Assembly: GCA_963842815.1 (NCBI GenBank)
Contig: CAWJHU010000002.1
Location: 1 to 42,512 of the forward strand
Origin: Candidatus Nomurabacteria bacterium
GTDB taxonomy: Bacteria; Patescibacteriota; Minisyncoccia; Phycocordibacterales; UBA9973
Reading direction: 5' to 3'
Length of the DNA stretch: 42,512 bases
This document shows positions 19,611 to 28,419 of the stretch, piece after piece. The position numbers and the translations under genes are program-made. The notes under the pieces were generated by a model. It was not told where the DNA came from. It saw only the letters and a list, made by a program, of their open reading frames with translations, and searched no databases. The first letter of the stretch is position 1; the number at the start of each line of letters is the position of its first letter.

Positions 19611-19736
19611 ATGAAAAAAGTTATAGCCATAGAAAAGCAAAGAGAATACTAGATGTGTGGAAGTATTGAAGTTGCCCTGGATGTTAGGAAAAATTACAGC
19701 AGGAAAGGATATCCGGAATTGTTTTTGGAAAAATAA
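19611..19736 (+). pseudogene. Internally deleted, decayed copy of the 3' half of the CYTH gene
   Basis: Aligns to about 16723-16791 and 16902-16959; TGG->TAG premature stop at 19650-19652. Confidence 0.85.
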
Positions 19737-19747
19737 AGAAATTTAAT

Positions 19748-20275
19748 ATGAAAATAAAAGTTGGTTCTGTAAATAAAGTAAAAATAGAAGCTCTAAAAGA
19801 AATTCTTTTGGATTATCCGAATTTAAAAAATGCAGAAATTTCTAATATTAATGTGTCTTCAAATATCGCCGACCAGCCGAAATCTTTAGAGGAAACTATA
19901 AATGGAGCCATAAATCGCGCAAAAAATGCTTTTAAGAATTGTACCTATAGCTTTGGAATAGAATCTGGATTGATGGCGGTGCCAAAAACAAAAACGGGAT
20001 TTATGGATGTATGTGCCTGTGCAATTTTTGATGGAAAAGAATATCACCTTGGACTTTCTTCGGCTTGGGAAGTGCCTAAAAAAATTATGTATCATATGCT
20101 TAACGATAGACTTGATATGAATCAAGCAACCTTTAAAGCTGGATTAACAAAAAATCCACAAATTGGTTCCAAAGAAGGCCTAGTTGGCATTTTAACAAAA
20201 GGAAGATTAACCAGAAAAGAATACACAAAAGAAGCCATACGAACAGCTCTTATTCATTTGGAAGAAATGATATAA
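19748..20275 (+). CDS. yjjX: Inosine/xanthosine triphosphatase (YjjX/DUF84 family)
   Basis: GSVNKVK, DQPKSLEETINGAINRA, GIESG, GLVGILTKGRLTRKEYT. Confidence 0.88.
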   Translation: MKIKVGSVNKVKIEALKEILLDYPNLKNAEISNINVSSNIADQPKSLEETINGAINRAKNAFKNCTYSFGIESGLMAVPKTKTGFMDVCACAIFDGKEYHLGLSSAWEVPKKIMYHMLNDRLDMNQATFKAGLTKNPQIGSKEGLVGILTKGRLTRKEYTKEAIRTALIHLEEMI

Positions 20276-20282
20276 TGCCCTC

Positions 20283-21419
20283 ATGGAACCACTGGCAGTC
20301 AGAATCAGACCTAAAAATTTGAAGGAATTTATCGGACAGGAGCATTTAGTGGGCAAAAGCAAGCCTATCGCTATCGCTATTGAAAAAAAACATCTTTTTT
20401 CCTTTATTTTTTGGGGTCCGCCAGGGGTGGGGAAAACTACTCTGGCTAAAATTTATGCCAAAGCACTAAACGCCGACTATCATGAACTTTCCGCTGTTTC
20501 GGCCGGCAAAGACGATATTAAAGAAATTTTACAAAAAGAAGGCACTTTATTGGGTCCGAAAATTCTTTTTCTTGACGAAATACATCGATTCAACAAAGCG
20601 CAACAGGATTTTCTTTTGCCCTATGTGGAATCCGGCAGGCTTACTTTAATCGGAGCGACCACCGAGAATCCGAGTTTTGAAGTCATCCCGGCTCTTCTTT
20701 CTCGTATGCGGGTTTTTGTGATGAATGAACTTTCCGACGAAGAAATGAAAAAAATTATCAAGCGCACCGGTTGTAAAATAAAAAAAGATGCCTTGGATTG
20801 GCTTATCGGAATGTCCGGAGGAGACGCCCGGCAGGCCATTGCCATGATTGAAAATACTATTTCCCTTTATAAAGAAATTACCGTTGAAAATTTAAAAAAT
20901 ACTCTGCAGTCGAAATTTTTGCGCTATGACAAAAAGGGTGAAGAACATTATAATATCATCAGCGCTTTCATAAAAAGCATGCGTGCCTCCCAGCCGGACG
21001 CAGCGCTATACTATATGACAAGAATGCTCCTAGCAGGGGAAGACCCGAAATTTATTGCCCGCCGAATGGTTATTTTCGCTAGTGAAGATATTGGCTTGGC
21101 TCAGCCGACGGCGCTAGTGGTAGCTAATGCAGTCTTTCAAGCAGTGGACACTATAGGGATGCCGGAATGCGGAGAAAATCTGGCCCACGGCGTGGTTTAT
21201 CTGACCCAAGCCAAAAAAGACAGAAGGGCTTATGAAGCCTATTTACTGGCTATGGAAGACGCGAAACAATATGGCAATCTGCCCATACCGATGAATATCC
21301 GGAACGCTCCCACAAAATTAATGAAGGATTTGGGTTATGGAAAAGATTATGAAAAATACACTAAAGAAAGTCTAATGCCGGAAAAATTAAAAAATAAAAA
21401 ATATTTAAAATCAAAATGA
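20283..21419 (+). CDS. rarA: Replication-associated recombination protein A
   Basis: PLAVRIRP, GPPGVGKT, DEIHRFNKAQQD, GATTENPSF, ASEDIGLA. Confidence 0.95.
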   Translation: MEPLAVRIRPKNLKEFIGQEHLVGKSKPIAIAIEKKHLFSFIFWGPPGVGKTTLAKIYAKALNADYHELSAVSAGKDDIKEILQKEGTLLGPKILFLDEIHRFNKAQQDFLLPYVESGRLTLIGATTENPSFEVIPALLSRMRVFVMNELSDEEMKKIIKRTGCKIKKDALDWLIGMSGGDARQAIAMIENTISLYKEITVENLKNTLQSKFLRYDKKGEEHYNIISAFIKSMRASQPDAALYYMTRMLLAGEDPKFIARRMVIFASEDIGLAQPTALVVANAVFQAVDTIGMPECGENLAHGVVYLTQAKKDRRAYEAYLLAMEDAKQYGNLPIPMNIRNAPTKLMKDLGYGKDYEKYTKESLMPEKLKNKKYLKSK

Positions 21420-22654
21420 AAAAATTAATCAAAAAACTTAAAACAATCTGGTGGAGAATCAAATCAGTGGGAGCGAGATATTATTATGGCAATTCGGCTG
21501 CTAAGTTGAAAATTATCGGAATAACCGGTACTAATGGAAAAACCACAACGGCGACGCTTCTTTATAAAGTATCCACTGCTCTGGGCCATAGAGCAGGGCT
21601 TATCGGCACGGTGGAAAATATTATTGTGGGTGAAAAAAGGGGAGCCACTCACACCACCCCCGATTCTATTTCTCTGACTAAACTTTTTAAAGAAATGGTG
21701 GCAGAAAAATGCGAATATGTTTTCATGGAAGTTTCTTCGCATGCCCTAGACCAAAACAGAGTTGCTGGAATAAAATTTGCCGGCGGGATTTTTACCAATT
21801 TGACCCACGACCATCTGGATTACCATAAAGATTTTGAAAATTATTTTAAGGCCAAAAAGAAACTTTTTGAAATGCTTCCGAAAAATTCTTTTGCCCTTTC
21901 CAATATAGATGACGAGCATGGTTTGGCAATGATTGAAGATATTGAAGCGAAAAAGTATTTTTACGGCTTCGGGGAAGAAACAGAATTTTTGGATTTTTAC
22001 GGAAAAATTTTGAAATTGGATTTTTCAGGACTGGAACTTGATTTTAATGGAGAAAAAGTCCATTCAAAACTTCTGGGCAAATTCAATGCTTATAATTTGT
22101 TGGCAGTTTGGAGCACTTGCAAATTGCTAGGTTTTGATATGAAAAAGGTAAATAAAATTTTAGAAGATATCAAGCCTCCTAGAGGGAGATTTGAACATTT
22201 TATGTCTCCGGATGGGGTTCTTATTATTATAGATTATGCGCACACACCGGATGCCTTGGAAAAAGTTCTTTTGACAATAAAAGAAATAAAATCTGAAAAT
22301 GGCCGAATAATTTCTGTTTTTGGTTGCGGAGGAGATCGCGATCCTATGAAGCGTTCCAAAATGGGAAAAATCGGAGCGGATTTATCCGACATTGCCATTT
22401 TTACTTCCGATAATCCCAGAGGTGAAGACCCAGATAAAATTATTGACCAGATGAAAGACAACTTATCTCATGAAGAATCCGAAAAAGTGATAACCATAAC
22501 TGACCGCTGTTTGGCCATAGAAGAAACTGTAGAAATGGCGAAAAAAGGAGACATTATTCTCTGCGCCGGCAAAGGGCATGAGAATTATCAGGAAATCAAA
22601 GGTGTAAAACATCATTTCAATGATTTGGAGGAATTCAAGAGGATACTGGCTTAA
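21416..22654 (+). CDS. murE: UDP-N-acetylmuramoyl-dipeptide--amino acid ligase
   Basis: GITGTNGKTT, HTTPD, MEVSSH, TNLTHDHLDYH, DYAHTPDAL, SDNPR. Confidence 0.95.
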   Translation: MKKLIKKLKTIWWRIKSVGARYYYGNSAAKLKIIGITGTNGKTTTATLLYKVSTALGHRAGLIGTVENIIVGEKRGATHTTPDSISLTKLFKEMVAEKCEYVFMEVSSHALDQNRVAGIKFAGGIFTNLTHDHLDYHKDFENYFKAKKKLFEMLPKNSFALSNIDDEHGLAMIEDIEAKKYFYGFGEETEFLDFYGKILKLDFSGLELDFNGEKVHSKLLGKFNAYNLLAVWSTCKLLGFDMKKVNKILEDIKPPRGRFEHFMSPDGVLIIIDYAHTPDALEKVLLTIKEIKSENGRIISVFGCGGDRDPMKRSKMGKIGADLSDIAIFTSDNPRGEDPDKIIDQMKDNLSHEESEKVITITDRCLAIEETVEMAKKGDIILCAGKGHENYQEIKGVKHHFNDLEEFKRILA

Positions 22655-22655
22655 A

Positions 22656-22745
22656 TTTCGACAAAATTGATAATTTTTCAGGTCCTCGGATCTCCGGGGC
22701 TCCGATCCCCGGCCAGACCATTCAAAATTATCAATTTTGCCGAAA
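22656..22745. repeat. 90-bp intergenic element with 22-bp terminal inverted repeats (MITE/REPIN-like)
   Basis: TTTCGACAAAATTGATAATTTT (22656-22677) vs AAAATTATCAATTTTGCCGAAA (22724-22745), 21/22 match, around a GC-rich core. Confidence 0.75.
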
Positions 22746-22765
22746 ATCTGTGCTAATATGGATTT

Positions 22766-24085
22766 ATGAACGATTTTCGGTCATTTTTCAAAAATAAAAA
22801 GATAACCATAATGGGTTTGGGTATTTTGGGGCGGGGATTGGGATATACCAAATTCTTGGCTGAATGCGGGGCAGATTTGATAGTGACGGACCTGAAAACG
22901 AAAAAACAATTGGCGACTTCAGTAAAAGCTTTAAAAAAGTTTGGAAACATTAAATTTATACTTGGCAAACACAGATTGGAAGATTTTAGGAATAGAGATA
23001 TGGTAATTAAATCTGCCGGCGTGTCGATTGATTCTTTTTATATAAAAGAAGCCAAAAAAAATAAAATTCCGATTGAAATGGATGTATCTTTGTTTGCAAA
23101 ATGTGCGCCCAAGGTCATGATAATCGGTGTAACCGGAACAAAAGGCAAATCCATGACCACTATACTTATTTATGAAATTCTAAAACAAAATGAAAAATTC
23201 CTAAAACGAAAAATTTACATTGGGGGAAATATTCGCGGAGTAGCCACGCTTCCGCTCCTTAAAAAAGTAAAAGCAGGGGATATTTTGGTGTGTGAACTTG
23301 ATTCTTGGCAATTGCAAGGATTTGGCGATGCAAAACTATCTCCACATATTTCCGTTTTCACTTCCTTCATGCCTGACCACATGGGTTATTATAAAAATTC
23401 CATGAAAGATTATTTTAATGACAAAGCAAATATTTTTAAGTATCAAAAGAAGGGCGATATTCTGATTGTCCGTCCGGATGTGAAAAAATTGATTCCCAAG
23501 AACGGGAAGAGAAAATTAATGGTAGTAAAACCAGGCAATTTCCAAGAAGAAAACAGAACTTGTGCCTTAGAAGTGGCAAAACTTTTTAAAATTCCAGATA
23601 AGAATATTAGAAAGACTCTGAAAAATTTCAAGGGCCTGGAGGGAAGACTTCAATATGTAAAAACAATTAAGGGCGTCAAAATATATAACGACAATAATGC
23701 CACAATGCCGGAGGCCACCATGGCTGGCATAAAAGCCCTGTCAGTTTCCCCTGACCCAGGGTCAGGGGAGAAAAGAATTATTTTAATCTGCGGGGGAACA
23801 GACAAGGGACTTAAATTGGCTTCTTTTGTAAAAGTTATAAATAAATATTGCAAAGCGGTTGTGCTTATTCCAGGAACCGGCACGGAAAAATTGTTGAAAA
23901 ATCATAAATTACAAATTCCGAATGAAATAGGAAAAGATTTTAAAGATGTTATGAAAAAAGCAATGAGATATGCAAAAAAGGGCGACGCAATTCTTTTTTC
24001 TCCAGCATTTACTTCTTTTGGAATGTTTAATAATGAGTATGAAAGGGGAGGTTTGTTTATGAAAATTATAAAGAATCTAAAATAA
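22766..24085 (+). CDS. murD: UDP-N-acetylmuramoyl-L-alanine--D-glutamate ligase
   Basis: MGLGILG, GVTGTKGKSMTT, ELDSWQL, PDHM, GLEGRLQ, ILICGG.DK, LFSPAFTSFGMFNNEYERG. Confidence 0.93.
   Translation: MNDFRSFFKNKKITIMGLGILGRGLGYTKFLAECGADLIVTDLKTKKQLATSVKALKKFGNIKFILGKHRLEDFRNRDMVIKSAGVSIDSFYIKEAKKNKIPIEMDVSLFAKCAPKVMIIGVTGTKGKSMTTILIYEILKQNEKFLKRKIYIGGNIRGVATLPLLKKVKAGDILVCELDSWQLQGFGDAKLSPHISVFTSFMPDHMGYYKNSMKDYFNDKANIFKYQKKGDILIVRPDVKKLIPKNGKRKLMVVKPGNFQEENRTCALEVAKLFKIPDKNIRKTLKNFKGLEGRLQYVKTIKGVKIYNDNNATMPEATMAGIKALSVSPDPGSGEKRIILICGGTDKGLKLASFVKVINKYCKAVVLIPGTGTEKLLKNHKLQIPNEIGKDFKDVMKKAMRYAKKGDAILFSPAFTSFGMFNNEYERGGLFMKIIKNLK
23745..23772. repeat. In-frame palindromic element, copy 2 (inside murD)
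   Basis: Identical to 948-975; encodes SPDPGSGE. Confidence 0.9.
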
Positions 24086-25335
24086 TGCAAAATCCAGATT
24101 TATCAAAAATCAAAAAAATGTTTTTTATCGGAATTGGAGGGATTGGTATTTCGGCCTTGGCGAAAATGGCGCTTTCGAGAGAGATGGAGGTTTCCGGAGT
24201 AAATGATGATGAAAGTCCAAAGACCCTAGAGCCGTTAAAAGAAGCAGGAGTACAAATAATTTTTCAAAAAGATTTTAAGGAATTACCAAAGGCAGATTTG
24301 TATGTTTATAGCGATGCTTGGCTATATCGGGGCCCGGAAATTATTGAAAAAGCTAAGACAACAGGCAAATCGGCCTTAAGTTATTTTGAAGCGCTGGGAA
24401 TTTTTGCCAAAGAATATAAAGTTATCGCCATTGCCGGTACCCACGGGAAAACTACCACCACAGCCATGGTTGCAGAAATTTTAACAGACGCAGGTTTGGA
24501 CCCGACAGTTATCGTCGGTTCTTTTGTTAAAAAATTTAATTCCAATTTTAGAAAAGGCAATAGCAAATATTTTGTTGTGGAAGCTGATGAATATAATAGA
24601 CATTTTCTAAACTTCCATCCATTTATTACTGTAGTTACAAATGTTGAAGCAGACCATTTGGATTGCTACAAAGAATTGAAAGACATACAAGAAGCTTTTG
24701 ATAAATTATTATCGCAAAGTGAAAATAAAATTATAGATTATACAAAATATTTAACGGAAGTGCCGAAGCTTTCTATCCCCGGAGAACACAATAGAATGAA
24801 TGCAGCGGCAGCACTTGCCGTGGCGGATATGTTGAATATAAAAAAAGAAGACGCAAAAAAATCATTGGCGCAATTTTCCGGTACTTGGCGCAGATTAGAA
24901 AAAAGAGGAGAGACAAAAGAGGGAACGATAATATACGACGATTATGCTCATCATCCGACAGAGATAAAAGCGAGCTTGGAAGCCTTGCGTGAGCTTTATC
25001 CAGTCGGAGAAAAGAAAATCACGGTTGTCTTTCAGCCCCACCTCTATAGTCGAACTAAAGCTCTGTTCGGCGACTTTACTAAGAGCTTCAAAGGAGCAGA
25101 CAATATTTTCCTACTTCCTATCTTTTTTGCCAGAGAAGCCAAGGATGAAAGTGTCTCCAGCGAGAAACTGGCTTCGGCCATTATCTTGACCGGGGATAAA
25201 GCTAAAGCCTTTCCGGATTTTGAATCGGCTGAAAACTTCATTAAAGATCTAAATTTAGGGAAAAACGATGTATTTGTAACAATGGGAGCCGGAGAAGCCT
25301 ACAAAATAGCCGACAATGTCTTCAATTTGACATAA
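24085..25335 (+). CDS. murC: UDP-N-acetylmuramate--L-alanine ligase
   Basis: FIGIGGIGIS, AGTHGKTTT, VEADE, DDYAHHPTEI, FQPHLYSRT, MGAG. Confidence 0.96.
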   Translation: MQNPDLSKIKKMFFIGIGGIGISALAKMALSREMEVSGVNDDESPKTLEPLKEAGVQIIFQKDFKELPKADLYVYSDAWLYRGPEIIEKAKTTGKSALSYFEALGIFAKEYKVIAIAGTHGKTTTTAMVAEILTDAGLDPTVIVGSFVKKFNSNFRKGNSKYFVVEADEYNRHFLNFHPFITVVTNVEADHLDCYKELKDIQEAFDKLLSQSENKIIDYTKYLTEVPKLSIPGEHNRMNAAAALAVADMLNIKKEDAKKSLAQFSGTWRRLEKRGETKEGTIIYDDYAHHPTEIKASLEALRELYPVGEKKITVVFQPHLYSRTKALFGDFTKSFKGADNIFLLPIFFAREAKDESVSSEKLASAIILTGDKAKAFPDFESAENFIKDLNLGKNDVFVTMGAGEAYKIADNVFNLT

Positions 25336-25356
25336 TACTAAACCAGTGTTTAACTA

Positions 25357-25385
25357 TTGACTTTTAATGTCTAATATGCTAGTAT
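25357..25385 (+). promoter_or_regulatory. sigma70-type promoter
   Basis: TTGACT-17 nt-TAGTAT with extended TG. Confidence 0.5.
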
Positions 25386-25487
25386 ATATGAATGCCCTTA
25401 TTTTAGGTTAAAACCCTTTAAATAAAGGCTATTTCAGTAAAAGCTGAATAACCTATACGAAGTTGGCGGAGCATAGACCGCTCTAAT

Positions 25488-26120
25488 ATGAATAAAAACA
25501 ACTTAATACGATTTGCTCAATCTCTTATGCTTTTGCCCTTTGTAACCGGGACAACAGTACCCTTAGGAAGTATCCTAATTGACACGACAAAAGAGCCTGT
25601 TCAAACCGTATTAATCCAAAAACAAAATATTGAAGCCGATGGAGTATTAGCTTTTAACCAAGTTATAGATCCAAAAGCTTTAGCGGAACTAAAAGCTCAA
25701 AAAGCCAAGGCGGATGCCATTGATAGTTATTTCAAGGCGCATGATATGCCGCTTTCAGGAACAGGCATGAAAATGGTGGAAGAGGCCGAGAAAAATAATA
25801 TTGACTGGCGTCTTCTGCCGGCAATAGCTATTCGAGAATCTACCGGTGGGAAACATGACTGTATAAAAGCGGACAACAATCCGTTCGGCTGGGGTTCTTG
25901 CAAAATTAGCTTCAATTCTACCGAAGAGGCCATTGAAACCGTGGCCAAGAACTTGGGGGGTAATAATCCTAAAACCGAAAGTCATTATGATAACAAAACT
26001 ACTAAACAAATCCTGCACGCTTATAATCCACCTTCGGTGGTACCTCGTTATGCAAACCAAGTGATGTCCATCATGGATGCCATTGGAGATGAAAACTTAG
26101 GGACCGAAACTAACGCATAA
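25488..26120 (+). CDS. Secreted lysozyme-like/glucosaminidase-type peptidoglycan hydrolase
   Basis: N-terminal signal/anchor; AEKNNIDWRLLPAIAIRESTGG, NNPFGWG, AYNPP..YA..V. Confidence 0.7.
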   Translation: MNKNNLIRFAQSLMLLPFVTGTTVPLGSILIDTTKEPVQTVLIQKQNIEADGVLAFNQVIDPKALAELKAQKAKADAIDSYFKAHDMPLSGTGMKMVEEAEKNNIDWRLLPAIAIRESTGGKHDCIKADNNPFGWGSCKISFNSTEEAIETVAKNLGGNNPKTESHYDNKTTKQILHAYNPPSVVPRYANQVMSIMDAIGDENLGTETNA

Positions 26121-26135
26121 AAAATAAAAATCTCA

Positions 26136-26173
26136 AAAGGGCCGGCCTTCGCAGATGCGAAGGCCGGCCCTTT
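26136..26173. terminator. Bidirectional terminator, 18-bp perfect stem
   Basis: AAAGGGCCGGCCTTCGCA-GA-TGCGAAGGCCGGCCCTTT between convergent genes. Confidence 0.85.
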
Positions 26174-26204
26174 GTTTTTTAAAAATCTTTTCTTGATATT
26201 TTTT

Positions 26205-27296
26205 TTACTCCAAATACACTAACGTCATTTTATGTTCTTTGGGTTCAAACAAAGTGATCTGGAAATTGTAATTCTTGCCGAGTTCCAATTTCTCGCGGAG
26301 TTTTGTTTCCGAGCCGAAAGTTGAATTGTGCACCAATCCGGCTACGCCTTCTTTGATGGAAACGAGAGCGCCATGCTTGTTGTATTTTATGACTACGCCT
26401 TTGATGATGTCGCCTTTTTTCAATTTTCCTTCAAATTCAGTCCAAGGATTTTCCTTCAGCGCTTTAATGGAAAGGGAAATTTTGCCGTCTTTTATTTCAA
26501 TTACTTTGGCGCGAACTTTGTCGTCCACCTTAAACATAGTGCGCGGGTCTTCCACCAGACCCCAGTCCAGTTCGGAAATATGCACCAAGCCTTCCAATCC
26601 GTCTTCCAGTTTCAAAAATACTCCGAAGTCCACAATTCCGGCAACGGTACAATCCACTTCATCTCCGACATTATATTTGCTTAGAATTTCTTTTTTTTCT
26701 TCAGGGTTATTATCTTTTTCGGAGAAAATCAGTTTGCCTTCTTTGGGAAGAGTAGAAATAATCATCACTGAAATTTTTTCTCCCACCAGTTTTTTTAATT
26801 CTTTCAAAATCTTATCTTTGTCCGAATCCAAAACACGGGGATAATGTTCGGCCTTAAGCTGGGAAGCGGGCAAGAATCCTTGAATACCTTGCCATTCCAA
26901 AATCAATCCGCCCTTATTTGCATCTTTTATTTCCAATTCCAGAACAGTTTTTGCTTTGATGGCCTTTTCAGCTTCGCTCCAGGTAAGTGCCTGCTTGGCT
27001 TCCTTGAGAGAGAGTTCCGTATATCCATTTTCATTTTCCACCTCAACGACTTTCGCTTTGATGATGTCGCCCAAACTTATTTTCTTGATTATGTCCTTGG
27101 CATTAATAAATTCACGGCCGTAAATAATACCTGTGCCGAAAGGGGACAAATCAACAAAAACGGATGATTTTTCAACTAAAATTACCGGGCCTTCCACCAG
27201 AGAGTCAACCTCCGGTCTGTCCTTGCTTCGGTCAACGATAGATTTCAGCAACAAGTTTTCTTTTAAATTTTCTTCTGCTATCTCTTCTTTCTTCAT
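26205..27296 (-). CDS. rpsA: Ribosomal protein S1 (short, about four S1 domains)
   Basis: Repeated S1 motifs: GIQGFLPASQ, DFGVF...GLVHISEL, HGALV...GLVHNS. Confidence 0.9.
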   Translation of the reverse strand: MKKEEIAEENLKENLLLKSIVDRSKDRPEVDSLVEGPVILVEKSSVFVDLSPFGTGIIYGREFINAKDIIKKISLGDIIKAKVVEVENENGYTELSLKEAKQALTWSEAEKAIKAKTVLELEIKDANKGGLILEWQGIQGFLPASQLKAEHYPRVLDSDKDKILKELKKLVGEKISVMIISTLPKEGKLIFSEKDNNPEEKKEILSKYNVGDEVDCTVAGIVDFGVFLKLEDGLEGLVHISELDWGLVEDPRTMFKVDDKVRAKVIEIKDGKISLSIKALKENPWTEFEGKLKKGDIIKGVVIKYNKHGALVSIKEGVAGLVHNSTFGSETKLREKLELGKNYNFQITLFEPKEHKMTLVYLE

Positions 27297-27508
27297 AATA
27301 TTTATCCTAAAATTAAAACATCCGCTCTAAAGCGGATATAAGGTTTAGGTTCTAAATCGACAACTTGTCTCCTTAGGGTTACCCCAAATCCTGCTTTTAA
27401 TATATTAGAAATAATCCTACTACAATTACAAAAAAAAGCAAGTGATTTGGGCCTAAAAAAGACATTTTTGGGTTTGTTTTTATTCGGTAATTTGCTATAA
27501 TATATGGA

Positions 27509-28153
27509 ATGATTATCACGTATTTCGGAGAACAATTTTTCAAGATTGCCCAGGGAGACATGGTTCTGGCTTTCAACCCTGTCAGTAAAAGTGCCAAATC
27601 AGACATTTCGGCGCACTTCGGTGCGGACATCGCTTTTGTCACCACCAATCATTCTTTTTATAACGGAGTGGAGCAACTTTCTCACGGCGAGCGCATGCCT
27701 TTTGTTATTAGCGGTCCCGGAGATTATGAAGTGAAAGAAGTTTTTATAAAAGGTTTAACATCGGATGTTTTAATTTCCGATAAAAAATATATTAATACGA
27801 TTTATTCTTTTTCATTGGACAATATCAACATTGCTTTTTTGGGCGCTTTGGGAAATCCGGAAATTTCAAAGGAAGCCCACGAAGCCATTGATAGTCCGGA
27901 CATTCTTTTTATTCCCATCGGCGGGAAAACTTCAGCCAAAGAAATAAATTTACTGGACGCCAAAACGGCAGCCAAGCTTGCCTTGGAACTTGAACCAAAA
28001 TTAATTATACCGATGAGTTATGATGATAGCGCTTTAAAAATATTTTTGAAAGAAATTGGGGAAGAAAAAGCCGAAGTGGTGGATAAATTAACATTAAAAT
28101 CAAAAGATTTGGAGGGCAAAGAAGGGGAAGTGATTATATTAAAAGCTATTTAA
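27509..28153 (+). CDS. MBL-fold metallo-hydrolase-like protein
   Basis: MIITYFG, GPGDYEVKEVFIKG, DILFIPIGG, PKLIIPM. Confidence 0.8.
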   Translation: MIITYFGEQFFKIAQGDMVLAFNPVSKSAKSDISAHFGADIAFVTTNHSFYNGVEQLSHGERMPFVISGPGDYEVKEVFIKGLTSDVLISDKKYINTIYSFSLDNINIAFLGALGNPEISKEAHEAIDSPDILFIPIGGKTSAKEINLLDAKTAAKLALELEPKLIIPMSYDDSALKIFLKEIGEEKAEVVDKLTLKSKDLEGKEGEVIILKAI

Positions 28154-28179
28154 ATTTTTTCCGCCGGAGGCGGACAAGT

Positions 28180-28414
28180 ATGAAAAAAATAATTCACAAT
28201 TTAAGAAGACAGCCGGAGGAAGTTCGCAGACATATTTTACACATCATTATATTTGCCTTGGCCATTATTATGATAATACTTTGGATTTATCAGTTTGGGA
28301 AAAAATCTATCAAATCCCGATACCCAAATAAAAATGAAGCAAGATTTGCAGCCTTTTTCCGCATTAAAAGATAATTTAGTTGGCGGAAGCACTGATACCA
28401 ATTCAAATAATTAA
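28180..28414 (+). CDS. Small single-TM hypothetical protein (apparent +1 indel near 28293)
   Basis: [13 protein letters not shown] + TM helix; the other frame continues [28 protein letters not shown]. Confidence 0.6.
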
Positions 28415-28419
28415 TATTT

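Noticed and set aside
26136-26173. 18-bp perfect hairpin as a mobile repeat
   Set aside because: Single copy in the window, located between convergent genes with A/T flanks; sufficiently explained as a bidirectional terminator.
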